Part shown: positions 9,361 through 19,936 of the stretch, one piece after another | Layout: each line of letters begins with the position of its first letter | Numbering within the stretch: position 1 is the first letter of the stretch | NCBI GenBank assembly: GCA_964566535.1 | Contig: CAZMIO010000003.1 | Location: forward strand, 89,153 to 153,152 | Reading direction: 5' to 3' | Source of the DNA: an uncultured Methanosarcinales archaeon | Lineage (GTDB): Archaea; Nanobdellota; Nanobdellia; Woesearchaeales; CAZOXR01 | DNA length: 64,000 nucleotides | Translations under genes and position numbers: made by a program | Notes under the pieces: generated by a model | Seen by the model: only the letters and a program-made list of their open reading frames with translations | What the model was told of the DNA's origin: nothing | The model's database searches: none

Positions 9361-9672
9361 TTAAAGAAGCTTTTCAAGTGAAACACCCTTCCCCTCTTCC
9401 ACAGCATTTCTGAAGATTACACTAAACTCTTTAGACTCGGGATCTACTTCTTGACCCCAATAATAACCACCCTCCAACCTTACAACTTTTAAGATTGTAG
9501 TATAGAAAGTAGGCCAGGTATTCTCTTTCCCAGTAACGGCACAAATATCAGCAGCAACTTCCTTAGAAACAGGATGATGCATAATTTGATAAAACTTACC
9601 ATTTTTTTCCATGGAGGGTGTTGCATACCTTAACATTACCATTAAAGAAGATAACTTATCTAGATTTATCAA
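9361..9672 (-). CDS. Hypothetical protein
   Basis: ORF fills the intergenic gap; start uncertain. Confidence 0.5.
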   Translation of the reverse strand: MINLDKLSSLMVMLRYATPSMEKNGKFYQIMHHPVSKEVAADICAVTGKENTWPTFYTTILKVVRLEGGYYWGQEVDPESKEFSVIFRNAVEEGKGVSLEKLL

Positions 9673-9735
9673 TCTTATCCTTTCTTATAATTAATAACAA
9701 TTAAATATTTAAAAGAATCTACAAAAAAAGAATTG

Positions 9736-11280
9736 ATGAACTTAGACATTAAAAAACATTGGAATATTGACCAAGAATCAATAAAGGAGCTAGAAAACCA
9801 AAGCCCTTTTTCTAAATCAAAATTCTACATAATAAATGACAAATTCTTTCTGAAGGAAGAAGAAAACAATAAAGCAAAACAAAGAGAACTCAAATTCAAT
9901 GAACTATTGTCAGACAACAACATCTTTATATTAAGAACTTCAAAAGAAGTAATAATCGAAAACAACCATATATACCAATTATTTGATTATCTTCCACAAA
10001 CATCAGAAATAACACCACAACAACTCTCAACTGAACTTTCTAAACTAAAGAAAATCAACACCCAATCAATTAAACACCTTGACAAAGAATCAATTCAATT
10101 CACTCTAAACAACCTAAAATGCAACCTCAAATGCCACTCAGAAAAATTCCCCATAATTAAAAAAACATACGATCATTTAGAAAAAAATCTATTTCCTTTC
10201 CTAAAATACTTCAACTACAATCTCTCACATGGGGACCTTCATCCAAGAAACATCCTATCAAACAAAAACCAAATCTCAATCATTGATTGGGAATTAATAA
10301 ACATCAGAGAAGAACTCTATGACTTAGCATTCTACATCGGCTGCCTAGGAATAGAAGATCCAATGAAACTAACTGACATAGAAGAACTCCTAAACACATT
10401 CACAAATTTAGCCCAACCAACAAAACTATCTGTAACCTTACTCCCAGAACTAGTCTTAGCAACAAGACTAAAGTGGCTAAACAAATGGATTCTAATAAAA
10501 ACAGATCAGAACATAATTCAAATGGAAGTTGATTTGATTGAAATGATCCTAGAAAACATAGACAAACTAAGAAACTTGTGGTTAAACAATTCAAACACCG
10601 ACTTCAAATACTCAAAAAACAACTGGGTCCTACAAGATTCAATGCTAGTAGAAGACATAAATAAAGCAAAAGAAAGATTAAGCAACATAAATATCTTCAA
10701 CCACGAACCAAATGACCTTTCTCAGTTTGCAACTGACTTAAGATTACTAGCAATTGACCACGGCTCTAAAGACAACATCATAGAAGTAATAGAAATCTTA
10801 GAACTAATAGAAGAAAAACAACTTAATCACCAAGATAACACCCCCTTACTAATAGAAAGAGCCATAGCAATGGGAAACTCCTGTTTAGACTTCTCAAAAT
10901 TCAGATTAAAGAACGCACTAGACTATACAAAACAAACAATAAAAAAAATAAAAGACCAAAACAACATCCCAGAACTAAACATCGGCTATTCATTTGTCCT
11001 AAGAAACACTTCAATAGCCTACGCAGAAATGAACCAACTAAATACAGCAATAGATAACGTTGAAGAATTAATCCAATTATCGGAAAACAACGATGACATA
11101 GAAATAAAAGGAGAACTCGGAAGAGCATTATCAAACATAATAACTACACTTCTAGAAAACAAACAAAAGCAACAAACAACCAAATACTTCAATCTCTTAG
11201 AAAAATTATACAACCAAAACAAAACATCAAGAAAAATCAACGGCGCATACCAAGTAGCAAAAGCAAATTTAGCTAAATAA
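9736..11280 (+). CDS. APH/choline-kinase-like phosphotransferase with C-terminal helical repeat region
   Basis: SHGDLHPRNIL, IIDWE and YDLA motifs; C-terminal half looks all-alpha. Confidence 0.7.
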   Translation: MNLDIKKHWNIDQESIKELENQSPFSKSKFYIINDKFFLKEEENNKAKQRELKFNELLSDNNIFILRTSKEVIIENNHIYQLFDYLPQTSEITPQQLSTELSKLKKINTQSIKHLDKESIQFTLNNLKCNLKCHSEKFPIIKKTYDHLEKNLFPFLKYFNYNLSHGDLHPRNILSNKNQISIIDWELINIREELYDLAFYIGCLGIEDPMKLTDIEELLNTFTNLAQPTKLSVTLLPELVLATRLKWLNKWILIKTDQNIIQMEVDLIEMILENIDKLRNLWLNNSNTDFKYSKNNWVLQDSMLVEDINKAKERLSNINIFNHEPNDLSQFATDLRLLAIDHGSKDNIIEVIEILELIEEKQLNHQDNTPLLIERAIAMGNSCLDFSKFRLKNALDYTKQTIKKIKDQNNIPELNIGYSFVLRNTSIAYAEMNQLNTAIDNVEELIQLSENNDDIEIKGELGRALSNIITTLLENKQKQQTTKYFNLLEKLYNQNKTSRKINGAYQVAKANLAK

Positions 11281-11631
11281 TCACTTCTTACCAGGATCTA
11301 TCAAAAAATTACTCCCAAGAATATTCTGCCCAATCAAAATAGCATATTTCATATGAGCCCTATCTGCCAACGTAAACTCTTCCTTTATTTTCTTCCCAGC
11401 AAACTTAACCAAAGTTTCAATAACGGGCCTTAATTTATTCCCGCTTGCCGACTTAACTAACTTAGACCTTATCACAGGACCCAAGTTCAGATTAGCAGCT
11501 AAGTTAACATCAATAGAACTTTTAGTTGCACCAGTATCAATCTTAGCAACAACCTCTTTCTTATGTCCATTATTCCCAAGAACCATAACCTTCTCAGTCA
11601 AACCAATTATCTTCCTCTTATCGTAACGCAT
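11281..11631 (-). CDS. RimK/LysX-associated retropepsin-like aspartic protease
   Basis: AKIDTGATKSSID, FTLADR and ILIGQN motifs; start at MRYDKR after GGGGAG. Confidence 0.8.
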   Translation of the reverse strand: MRYDKRKIIGLTEKVMVLGNNGHKKEVVAKIDTGATKSSIDVNLAANLNLGPVIRSKLVKSASGNKLRPVIETLVKFAGKKIKEEFTLADRAHMKYAILIGQNILGSNFLIDPGKK

Positions 11632-11766
11632 TAATCTCCCCTTTAATCGGAGGTATTTAAACCTTTCTGTGATAAATACTACCTGCCAAATCATGACCGT
11701 TAGTTTGCTACTTTTCCTTTAATCAACAAAACGTTTAAAAACACCCTCTTTCTACCATAACCTATC

Positions 11767-13530
11767 ATGACAATAATAAGAAGCCCAATTTGTACCGTAG
11801 TAGGTCATATTGACCATGGTAAATCATCCATCCTAGATAAGATTAGAGGTACTGCTATCATTGCAGGAGAAGCAGGTAAAATTACTCAAGCAATTGGAGC
11901 ATCTATTATCCCACTAAAAACAATAAGAAAACTTTGCGGAGACTTATTAGACGCACTAAAAATCAAACTTACAATTTCTGGCTTATTATTCATAGACACT
12001 CCAGGTCACGCAGCTTTCAACAACCTAAGAAAGCGTGGTGGAAACTTAGCTGACATTGCAATCATTGTAATAGACATAAACGAAGGAATAAAAGAACAAA
12101 CAATTGAATGTATAGAAATTCTAAAACAATACAAAACACCATTCATCATAGCAGCAAATAAAATTGACTTAATCCCTGGATGGAAAACTAACGACCTACC
12201 TCTACTCCAAAGCCTAGAAGCACAATCTGACACAATAAAAGGAATATTCGAAAAAAAGATGTATGAAATCGTTGGAAAACTAGCAGAATTCGAATTAAAC
12301 TCAGAAAGATTCGATAGAGTAGACGACTTCACAAAACAAATTGCAATTGTACCAACATCAGCAGAAACAGGAGAAGGAATCTCAGAACTTTTAATGGTAA
12401 TAACAGGATTAGCACAAAGATACCTAGAAGACAACCTAGAACTTCATGAACAAGGCCCTGCAAAAGGAACAGTCCTAGAAGTAAAAGAAGACAAAGGACT
12501 AGGAAAAACAATGGATGTTATTCTTTACGATGGAATCCTAAAAAAGAACGACACAATTGTAATCGGCGGATTAAACAACGCAATCTCTACAAGAATAAAA
12601 GCGTTATTAGAACCTGCACCTCTAGCAGAAATGAGGGACAAAAAAAGCAAATTCATGCCAGTAAAAGAAGCAGTAGCAGCAACTGGCGTTAAAATATCAG
12701 CTCCAGAAATTGAAGAAGTAGTAGCAGGCATGCCATTAAGATCATGCAAAAAAGAAGATATTGAAAAAGTAAAAGAAGAGCTGCAAAAAGAAGTAGAAGA
12801 AGTATTGATAGAAACAGATGACAACGGAATAATCCTCAAAGCAGATTCATTAGGGTCCTTAGAAGCATTAACAACTTTACTTAGAGGAAAAAACATCCCA
12901 ATTAGAAAAGCAACAATCGGAGAAATTACAAAAAAAGACATTGCAGAAGCAGAATCAAACTATCAAAAAGACCCATTAACATCAGTTATCTTAGGTTTTA
13001 ATGTGGAAGATGCTTCCCACTTATGTGATGATTATGTAAAAGTCATAACTCACAATGTAATCTACAAATTAATTGAAGATTTTGAAAACTGGCAGCAAGC
13101 ATCATTAAAAAACGCACAAGAACAAGAGTTAGAAGGCCTAGTAAAACCGTGCAAATTCCAAGTGATGAAAGGCTACGTATTCAGACAAAACAATCCAGCA
13201 GTAGTTGGAGTTGATATTTTGGCTGGAATGTTAAAAGTAGGAACTCCAATAATGAACGAACAAGGAGTAGAACTAACTGAAGTAAAAAGCATGCAAGTAG
13301 ACCAGGAAAATGTAGAAAAAGCAGAAAGGGGGAAACAAGCTGCAGTTTCATTGCCAGGAGTTACAGTTGGCAGACAAATAAATGAAGACATGATCTTACT
13401 TTCATCAGTACCAGAAGAACATTTCAAAAAGATGAAAGAATTAAAGAATCTTTTATCCAACGAAGAAAAAGCAATTCTAAAGGAAATAGCAAAGATAAAA
13501 AGAAAAGAAGACCCTGTTTGGGGAATATAA
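11767..13530 (+). CDS. infB: Translation initiation factor aIF5B (IF-2)
   Basis: GHIDHGKS, DTPGH and NKID GTPase motifs; archaeal length; no intein. Confidence 0.95.
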   Translation: MTIIRSPICTVVGHIDHGKSSILDKIRGTAIIAGEAGKITQAIGASIIPLKTIRKLCGDLLDALKIKLTISGLLFIDTPGHAAFNNLRKRGGNLADIAIIVIDINEGIKEQTIECIEILKQYKTPFIIAANKIDLIPGWKTNDLPLLQSLEAQSDTIKGIFEKKMYEIVGKLAEFELNSERFDRVDDFTKQIAIVPTSAETGEGISELLMVITGLAQRYLEDNLELHEQGPAKGTVLEVKEDKGLGKTMDVILYDGILKKNDTIVIGGLNNAISTRIKALLEPAPLAEMRDKKSKFMPVKEAVAATGVKISAPEIEEVVAGMPLRSCKKEDIEKVKEELQKEVEEVLIETDDNGIILKADSLGSLEALTTLLRGKNIPIRKATIGEITKKDIAEAESNYQKDPLTSVILGFNVEDASHLCDDYVKVITHNVIYKLIEDFENWQQASLKNAQEQELEGLVKPCKFQVMKGYVFRQNNPAVVGVDILAGMLKVGTPIMNEQGVELTEVKSMQVDQENVEKAERGKQAAVSLPGVTVGRQINEDMILLSSVPEEHFKKMKELKNLLSNEEKAILKEIAKIKRKEDPVWGI

Positions 13531-13985
13531 TGCAAAACATAAAAATCCTCAACAAAAAAGAAATAAAACAAATCCTATCATTAGTAGAACAACAATGGGG
13601 CCCTAACATAGACTTAGATTACGTTTTCTTACAAAACACAAAAAACAAGATCTACATAGTAAACAAAGACATATCTAAACTAAATCTAGACAATCTAAGA
13701 ATAAATTCATTAGGCTTATACTTTGCAGAACTAAACCACAACCAATTAAGGTTAAGTTTCGAAGGCGCTCAAATAATAGGGCCAACCTCAAAGAAAAACG
13801 TCTTAGAGTTAGACGATAATGAACTCAAACAATGGCTAAAAGGAGAAGACCTAGACAAAGAAACTAAACTAAAAGGATACCAAATCATAAAAAACAAAGA
13901 AGATTTCTATGGTTGCGGTAAAGTCATAAACAACAAACTCCTAAATCATGTACCTAAAATAAGAAGAATTTCTGCAATAAACTAA
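13530..13985 (+). CDS. NIP7/RsmF-like pre-PUA/PUA domain protein
   Basis: GLYFAE, RLSFEGAQIIG, WLKGEDL, GCGK, NHVPK.RR. Confidence 0.7.
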   Translation: MQNIKILNKKEIKQILSLVEQQWGPNIDLDYVFLQNTKNKIYIVNKDISKLNLDNLRINSLGLYFAELNHNQLRLSFEGAQIIGPTSKKNVLELDDNELKQWLKGEDLDKETKLKGYQIIKNKEDFYGCGKVINNKLLNHVPKIRRISAIN

Positions 13986-13986
13986 A

Positions 13987-14355
13987 TTATCTTTGACTAA
14001 ATGCTTTTCTCTCTGTCCTTACATCTCCAATAATCCTCGAAACCAAATCTCCATGTTCAGATCTAATATCGCTTCTATTTACTCTTTGCTTAAAAGCAAC
14101 ACCATAAATGTCAACTAACATCTTCTCAACATCAGTTACCCTTGCATTGTATAATGTAACAAGAGTATCTTTCCTTCTTGTTAATGGATGAAGTACACCA
14201 TCCTCGCTATTCGAACTAGTCCATCTTAATCCAGGTTTTTGCTCTTGGGCATCATAAATCACATCAAAACCACGGACTTCTCGCCCACCATCAACTTCAC
14301 AACCTACGGTATACGAACCCACATCTACCCATTCTGGCATTTCGTTTTGTTCCAT
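13987..14355 (-). CDS. Hypothetical protein
   Basis: 122-aa ORF without recognisable motif. Confidence 0.55.
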   Translation of the reverse strand: MEQNEMPEWVDVGSYTVGCEVDGGREVRGFDVIYDAQEQKPGLRWTSSNSEDGVLHPLTRRKDTLVTLYNARVTDVEKMLVDIYGVAFKQRVNRSDIRSEHGDLVSRIIGDVRTERKAFSQR

Positions 14356-14407
14356 TTTTGTTCATCTGTAATTATAATCTTCACTCCTTGCCTTTTCGAA
14401 TGCTTCC

Positions 14408-15685
14408 CTACCCTTTAATCATAGGAGCTTCATACCTTCCATAAGCTTCCCTAAACTTCCTTATCCCATCAAACACAACATGGCCCATAGCATAATCTTT
14501 GGCACCCCTTCTCCGATAGTGATCTTCCATCTCCTGAATCTCTCCAAAAGTTCTCACAATCAGCTCTGTTCTTAAATCAACTAATAGTTGAGGTTCATAG
14601 TGTTCTAAGAACACATCAATCCCTCTTAACACTTCAATATTCCGCTCAAACCTTTTTACTCTATCCTTAAGTTCAAGTTCATAAAGCCAATTAGTATTAT
14701 CAATAGCATCAGCAGCCTTAACAATCAATGGAGCGGCAATATACAACTCCATTTCTTCGGAATCACCCACTACATTACTAACTAATCCATAATTCTCTAC
14801 ACCTAAACACCCTTCAACCAATTCAGACATATATTCTCCATAATCTTGTCCAACTCCTTTCATATCTCTATCCTTAGTTAACAACCTTAATTGATACAAT
14901 TTTAGTTCTGCATCACTAGAATCAACAACTTCCTTTTCAAGATCATCTTCACCAACAACTACATGACTTCTTCCAAAAGTGAATATTTCTCTAACTCCTT
15001 CATATTCAGGAGGATTACGTATATCTCTAACATATTCAGCTCTCCTAACTTCATCATCAGTCCCTCCAAATAACTCTAATCTATAATCTGTTACATCTTC
15101 AATAACATCGTGCAAAAGACCCAACACTCTATGGTGTAATGGAGCACCATACGCATGAAGATTACCAGCCACCCTGGCAGGATGAACAAAACTACGTGCA
15201 TCCTTCCCAACCTCTCCACCTTTCCTTTGTTTTCCGGTCCAATTATGTCTTCTCTGCGCAAAATTAAATGTTCTAATAGTTCCCTCTCCAACCGCCCATG
15301 GAATCAATATCCTATTTGCAAAATAAAAATCATCTAATCTGCCCCTACCATACCTATCAGCAAAAACTCTCTCTACGCTAACACTATCTTCTCTCAACAA
15401 ACCTCGATCACTAACTTCAAGCCCATCAGTAGAAATTCTATTGTTCCTATAATGCCCCATATCTTCAAGTGTCCTCTGAGGTCCTCTAAGTCTATAAACC
15501 ACTTCTGTAGCAACACTTCTTCTATTAACTCTTCTTCCCGTCCTCACAATATCAAAAACTAGTCTCTGCGCATCAGATTCACTCTCCAACATCCCAGGAA
15601 GTCTACATCTCTTAATACGTTCTTCTAATTTACCGATATCATGTTCAGCCCCATTAATTGGCTCTTTGTCGTCGTCCATAGCCAT
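14408..15685 (-). CDS. HD-domain protein, RelA/SpoT hydrolase (Mesh1/SAH)-like
   Basis: FVHPARVA, LLHDVIED, LLTK and KAADAIDN motifs in RSH-hydrolase order. Confidence 0.65.
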   Translation of the reverse strand: MAMDDDKEPINGAEHDIGKLEERIKRCRLPGMLESESDAQRLVFDIVRTGRRVNRRSVATEVVYRLRGPQRTLEDMGHYRNNRISTDGLEVSDRGLLREDSVSVERVFADRYGRGRLDDFYFANRILIPWAVGEGTIRTFNFAQRRHNWTGKQRKGGEVGKDARSFVHPARVAGNLHAYGAPLHHRVLGLLHDVIEDVTDYRLELFGGTDDEVRRAEYVRDIRNPPEYEGVREIFTFGRSHVVVGEDDLEKEVVDSSDAELKLYQLRLLTKDRDMKGVGQDYGEYMSELVEGCLGVENYGLVSNVVGDSEEMELYIAAPLIVKAADAIDNTNWLYELELKDRVKRFERNIEVLRGIDVFLEHYEPQLLVDLRTELIVRTFGEIQEMEDHYRRRGAKDYAMGHVVFDGIRKFREAYGRYEAPMIKG

Positions 15686-15749
15686 AAGATAACCTTTCGC
15701 GTTTTAAATAGTTTTCCAAACAATCATTACTAAAAAGTAACTAACTACA

Positions 15750-16148
15750 TTATTGGAAACTAACCTTCATTTCAACGTTCCCTTTCAATCCATCAACAAA
15801 TCCCCTATCTAAATCTCTAGCCCCTTTATCACTTCTAATCCCTAAGGTTCTCTTAGAATTAAACTCAGATTTCCTAATAACAATCTCTTCAGAATCATCA
15901 AAGTCAGGATTAATCTGAGCACTTATCACTTCTTCCTTATTCTTCATTTTTATCGTTATTTTCAACGATTTATCATTATTTTTTATTTTATTTTCAATGA
16001 ATTTTTTTAGTAATGGCAGTTCAAAATCAGCCCTGACCCCAACTATACAATCGCCATTTAAAGTTAACTCTTTATCCTTAGTAAACTCAATAGTTGTCTT
16101 ATGATTACTTAATATATTAGAATGTCCAAATGCAGAAAATTCATACAT
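15750..16148 (-). CDS. DUF371 family protein
   Basis: GHSNILSNHKTTIEFTKD, GDCIVGV, IVIRKS, DKGARDL. Confidence 0.85.
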   Translation of the reverse strand: MYEFSAFGHSNILSNHKTTIEFTKDKELTLNGDCIVGVRADFELPLLKKFIENKIKNNDKSLKITIKMKNKEEVISAQINPDFDDSEEIVIRKSEFNSKRTLGIRSDKGARDLDRGFVDGLKGNVEMKVSFQ

Positions 16149-16152
16149 TTTA

Positions 16153-16371
16153 CTAAACAATATCTTCAATTGGTTTCTTGCTCTTCTTCTGAGATTCCTT
16201 AGCCATTTTCTCAAGATCTACGCCCAATTCCTTCAAAGCCTTAACATGCATCTGCATTAACTGCTCTACAACCTGAAGAATCTTAGCCATTTCCTGCCTT
16301 TCTTTAGCCAAAGTACTCAAAGCACCTTTATGAAAGCCAATCTGTTCGTCTTTATTTACTTTTTTTGTCAT
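16153..16371 (-). CDS. Small coiled-coil hypothetical protein
   Basis: 72-aa ORF with TATA about 30 nt upstream, co-oriented with DUF371. Confidence 0.7.
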   Translation of the reverse strand: MTKKVNKDEQIGFHKGALSTLAKERQEMAKILQVVEQLMQMHVKALKELGVDLEKMAKESQKKSKKPIEDIV

Positions 16372-16408
16372 TTTAACTTAGATTCTTTCCCCTATATTTA
16401 AAACTTCC

Positions 16409-16909
16409 TTAAGAAGACTTATGCCCCTGTTCCATATACCCTAAATGTTTAGGTGGCCTTAATTGTTCTTCTGTAGGTTCAATACCAATCATCTTACAAA
16501 CGTCAATAAATACTTCCCGTTGTTGAACATACCCCGTTAACATACTCAAAGCCTCATCGTAAGAAACCCATTGATAGTCACTATGCTCACCTTCAGCTGT
16601 TGCTATATCTACTTGAGAACCAACAGGCGCACGTACTGCATAAGTTACTAAGTCAATATGTATCGGATTACCACTTTTTTCAGTATCAAATCCAATGTAG
16701 TGTCTCGTATCTTCAATAATCTCTAGATGCCTCAATCCTTGAGCTTCTTCTCTAGTCTCTCTTATCGCTGCCTCAATATCACTCTCCCCTTCTTCTATAC
16801 CTCCACCAGGACTCTCCCAAAATCCTTTCCTAGCTCTAAGTAATAAGAATCTATAATCTCCATTATTTTCATCGTATACTATTGCCCTTACATTATTTCT
16901 TGTTTTCAT
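16409..16909 (-). CDS. NUDIX hydrolase
   Basis: Nudix box GGIEEGESDIEAAIRETREE; EHSDYQW. Confidence 0.88.
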   Translation of the reverse strand: MKTRNNVRAIVYDENNGDYRFLLLRARKGFWESPGGGIEEGESDIEAAIRETREEAQGLRHLEIIEDTRHYIGFDTEKSGNPIHIDLVTYAVRAPVGSQVDIATAEGEHSDYQWVSYDEALSMLTGYVQQREVFIDVCKMIGIEPTEEQLRPPKHLGYMEQGHKSS

Positions 16910-17018
16910 ACGCTAAAGGACCCATAGGCATTATATAAATCTTATGGTAGTAACAACACCAAAAACTCATTCAACAATCTTTATAAATCAAACTACAACC
17001 CATTTCATAAGGGGTAGT

Positions 17019-18896
17019 ATGGATAAAACAAATTTCCTTGATATTATAAACGAGCCAAAAGACTTAAGGCTATTAAACAAAGTACAATTAAAGTACTTAG
17101 CAAACGAACTAAGGCAATACATAATTAACACAGTTTCTAAAACAGGCGGACATCTAGCACCATCTTTAGGAGTAGTAGAGCTAACAATAGCGCTACATTA
17201 CGTTTTCAACTCTCCAACTGACAGAATTGTATGGGACGTAGGTCACCAGTCTTATCCTCACAAACTTCTAACAGGCAGAAAAGACATTTTTAGCACATTA
17301 AGACAATATAAGGGAATGTCAGGCTTCCCAAAAACAGAAGAATCTGATCATGACGCATTCAATACTGGACATTCCTCAACTTCAATCTCAGCAGCGCTAG
17401 GGATAGCCAAAGCAAGAGACCTAAAAGAGGAAGATCATAAAGTCATAGCTGTAATAGGGGACGGAGCAATGACTGGCGGATTAGCCTTTGAAGGACTTAA
17501 TCATGCAGGATCTTCAAAAACAAATCTTATAGTTATCCTAAATGACAACAAGATGTCCATCTCCCCAAATGTTGGAGCTCTCTCATCATACCTAGGTAAA
17601 ATGGTTACTAATCCTAAGTACCATGAAATAAGAAAAAAACTAGAACATTCACTAAGAAGAGTTCCAAGAATTGGTTCAAAGGCAGCTGAAAAAGCAATGA
17701 ATTTAGAAGATACCTTACGAGCATTATCAAATCCAGGAATGTTGTTCAAAGAACTCGGTTTTAGCTACTTCGGCCCAATTGATGGACATAACCTTGATGA
17801 CCTAATCAAAGCACTTCACAACATAAAGCTAATAGAAGGCCCAATCCTTCTACATATACACACAAAAAAAGGAAAAGGCTACTCTCATGCAGAAAACAAT
17901 AAAACAAAGTTCCATGGAATAAGTCCTTTCAATATAGACGATGGAGAAAAGGTAAAATGCGCAAATGCTCCAACTTACACCGAAATATTCTCAAAAACAA
18001 TCGTAAAGTTAGCCCAAGAAAACGAAAAAATAACTGCAATAACAGCAGCAATGGCACCAGGAACTGGACTCGATGATTTCTCAAAACAATTCCCAGAAAG
18101 ATTCTTCGATGTAGGCATAGCAGAACAGCATGCAGTTACTTTTGCAGCAGGATTAGCAATAAACGGATTCAAACCAATCTGCGCAATCTACTCAACTTTC
18201 CTACAAAGAGCATTCGATCAAATCATACATGATGTTTGCCTACAAAAACTTCCAGTCATCTTCGCAATTGACCGTGCAGGCTTAGTTGGAGAAGACGGAC
18301 CAACACATCACGGACCATTTGACATCTCATTCCTAAGACACATTCCTAACCTAGTAATTATGGCACCAAAAGACGAAAACGAATTCCAACACATGTTAAA
18401 AACAGCAGAGCAACATAACGGCCCAGTTGCAATAAGATACCCAAGAGCTTGTGGGTTAGGAATAGAATTAGATGAAAAACTAACCTCATTACCAATGGGA
18501 AAAGCAGAGATAATTGAGGAAGGAAAAGATGTTTTAATCCTAGCAATCGGAACGTGCGTTCAAAAATCAATAGAAGCAGCAGAAGAACTAGAAAAAAACA
18601 ATATCAAACCAACAATAGTAAACGCAAGATTCGCAAAACCTCTAGACGAACAATTAATAATTAAATTAGCAAACAAAATCCCAAATATCCTAACAGTAGA
18701 AGAAAACACCCTAGAAGGCGGCTTCGGCTCATCAATATTAGAAATTCTAGAGAAGAACAACATCAAAGCAAACGTCGAAAGAATAGGGGTCCCAGATAAG
18801 TTCGTCGAAGCAGGACCAATCGACGTTTTAAAGAAAAGTATAGGCCTAACAAAAGAGAATATTGCAAAAGTTGCAACTAAATTAGTAAAAAAATGA
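17019..18896 (+). CDS. dxs: 1-deoxy-D-xylulose-5-phosphate synthase
   Basis: GGHLAPSLG, WDVGHQSY, GHSSTS, IGDGAMTGG, DVGIAEQHA, DRAGLVGEDGPTHHG; start taken at MDKTNF. Confidence 0.95.
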   Translation: MDKTNFLDIINEPKDLRLLNKVQLKYLANELRQYIINTVSKTGGHLAPSLGVVELTIALHYVFNSPTDRIVWDVGHQSYPHKLLTGRKDIFSTLRQYKGMSGFPKTEESDHDAFNTGHSSTSISAALGIAKARDLKEEDHKVIAVIGDGAMTGGLAFEGLNHAGSSKTNLIVILNDNKMSISPNVGALSSYLGKMVTNPKYHEIRKKLEHSLRRVPRIGSKAAEKAMNLEDTLRALSNPGMLFKELGFSYFGPIDGHNLDDLIKALHNIKLIEGPILLHIHTKKGKGYSHAENNKTKFHGISPFNIDDGEKVKCANAPTYTEIFSKTIVKLAQENEKITAITAAMAPGTGLDDFSKQFPERFFDVGIAEQHAVTFAAGLAINGFKPICAIYSTFLQRAFDQIIHDVCLQKLPVIFAIDRAGLVGEDGPTHHGPFDISFLRHIPNLVIMAPKDENEFQHMLKTAEQHNGPVAIRYPRACGLGIELDEKLTSLPMGKAEIIEEGKDVLILAIGTCVQKSIEAAEELEKNNIKPTIVNARFAKPLDEQLIIKLANKIPNILTVEENTLEGGFGSSILEILEKNNIKANVERIGVPDKFVEAGPIDVLKKSIGLTKENIAKVATKLVKK

Positions 18897-19936
18897 TAAG
18901 AAAGCCAACCAAAGAGATTAAAATCGGTAACGTAACCATCGGCAACAATAATCCTATCGCCATCCAATCGATGACAAACACATTAACTAAGGATGTAACT
19001 GCCACAATTAACCAAATCAAAGAACTCCAAGAATTAGGCTGCGAAATAGTAAGAGTTTCTGTACCAGACCAAGAATCAGTCAACGCCTTAAAAGAAATAA
19101 AACAAAACATAAACATACCGTTAGTAGCAGATATTCATTTCGACGCAAAACTAGCAATTGAAGCAGCAAAATACGCAGACAAACTAAGAATCAATCCAGG
19201 AAACATCGGTAATGAAGAAAAAATTAAGCAAGTTATCAACGCAGCAAAAGAAAACAACATCCCAATCAGAATTGGAGTTAACCTAGGCTCATTAGAAAAA
19301 GACCTAGAAAAAGAATACGGCTTAACACCAAAAGCAATGCTAGAATCAGTTAAAAGACAAATAGCAATCTTCGAAAAAAACGATTTCCATAACATCGTAG
19401 TAGCACTAAAAACGTCAGACATCAAAAAAACAATTGAAGTCAACAGAATGTTCGCAAAAGAATACGACTACCCTATACATCTAGGAATAACAGAAGCAGG
19501 CTCTGGGTTCTCAGGCACAATAAAATCATCAATTGGAATTGGAACATTACTACAAGATGGAATCGGAGACACAATCAGAGTTTCACTATCAGCCCAACCA
19601 AACGAAGAAGTAAAAGTAGCAAAACAAATATTATCTTCATTAAAGATAAGAAAGTTCGGTGTAGAAATAACCTCTTGCCCAACCTGCGCAAGAGCAAACC
19701 TTGACGTAATCCAAACAACAAAAGAATTAGAAAAACTAACCGAAAAAAGTAAAACTCCAATCAGCATAGCAGTAATGGGCTGCGCAGTAAACGGACCAGG
19801 CGAAGCAAAAGAAGCCGATATTGGCGTAGTCGGGGGAATTGACGAATGCCTACTCTACAAAAAAGGAGAGATAATAAGAAAAATAAAAAAAGAAGATATT
19901 TCTAAAGTTTTATTGGATGAGATTGAAGGAAGATGA
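18893..19936 (+). CDS. ispG: HMBPP synthase IspG
   Basis: IQSMTNT, ADIHF, RINPGNIG, HLGITEAG, GIGDTIRVS, SCPTCAR, VMGCAVNGPGEA. Confidence 0.95.
   Translation: MIRKPTKEIKIGNVTIGNNNPIAIQSMTNTLTKDVTATINQIKELQELGCEIVRVSVPDQESVNALKEIKQNINIPLVADIHFDAKLAIEAAKYADKLRINPGNIGNEEKIKQVINAAKENNIPIRIGVNLGSLEKDLEKEYGLTPKAMLESVKRQIAIFEKNDFHNIVVALKTSDIKKTIEVNRMFAKEYDYPIHLGITEAGSGFSGTIKSSIGIGTLLQDGIGDTIRVSLSAQPNEEVKVAKQILSSLKIRKFGVEITSCPTCARANLDVIQTTKELEKLTEKSKTPISIAVMGCAVNGPGEAKEADIGVVGGIDECLLYKKGEIIRKIKKEDISKVLLDEIEGR

Noticed and set aside
16992..17018. Hairpin actac..ccc/ggg..gtagt covering the dxs ribosome-binding region, possible TPP-related switch
   Set aside because: No TPP aptamer consensus, and the predicted TSS (about 17010) falls inside the stem, so it would not form in the mRNA
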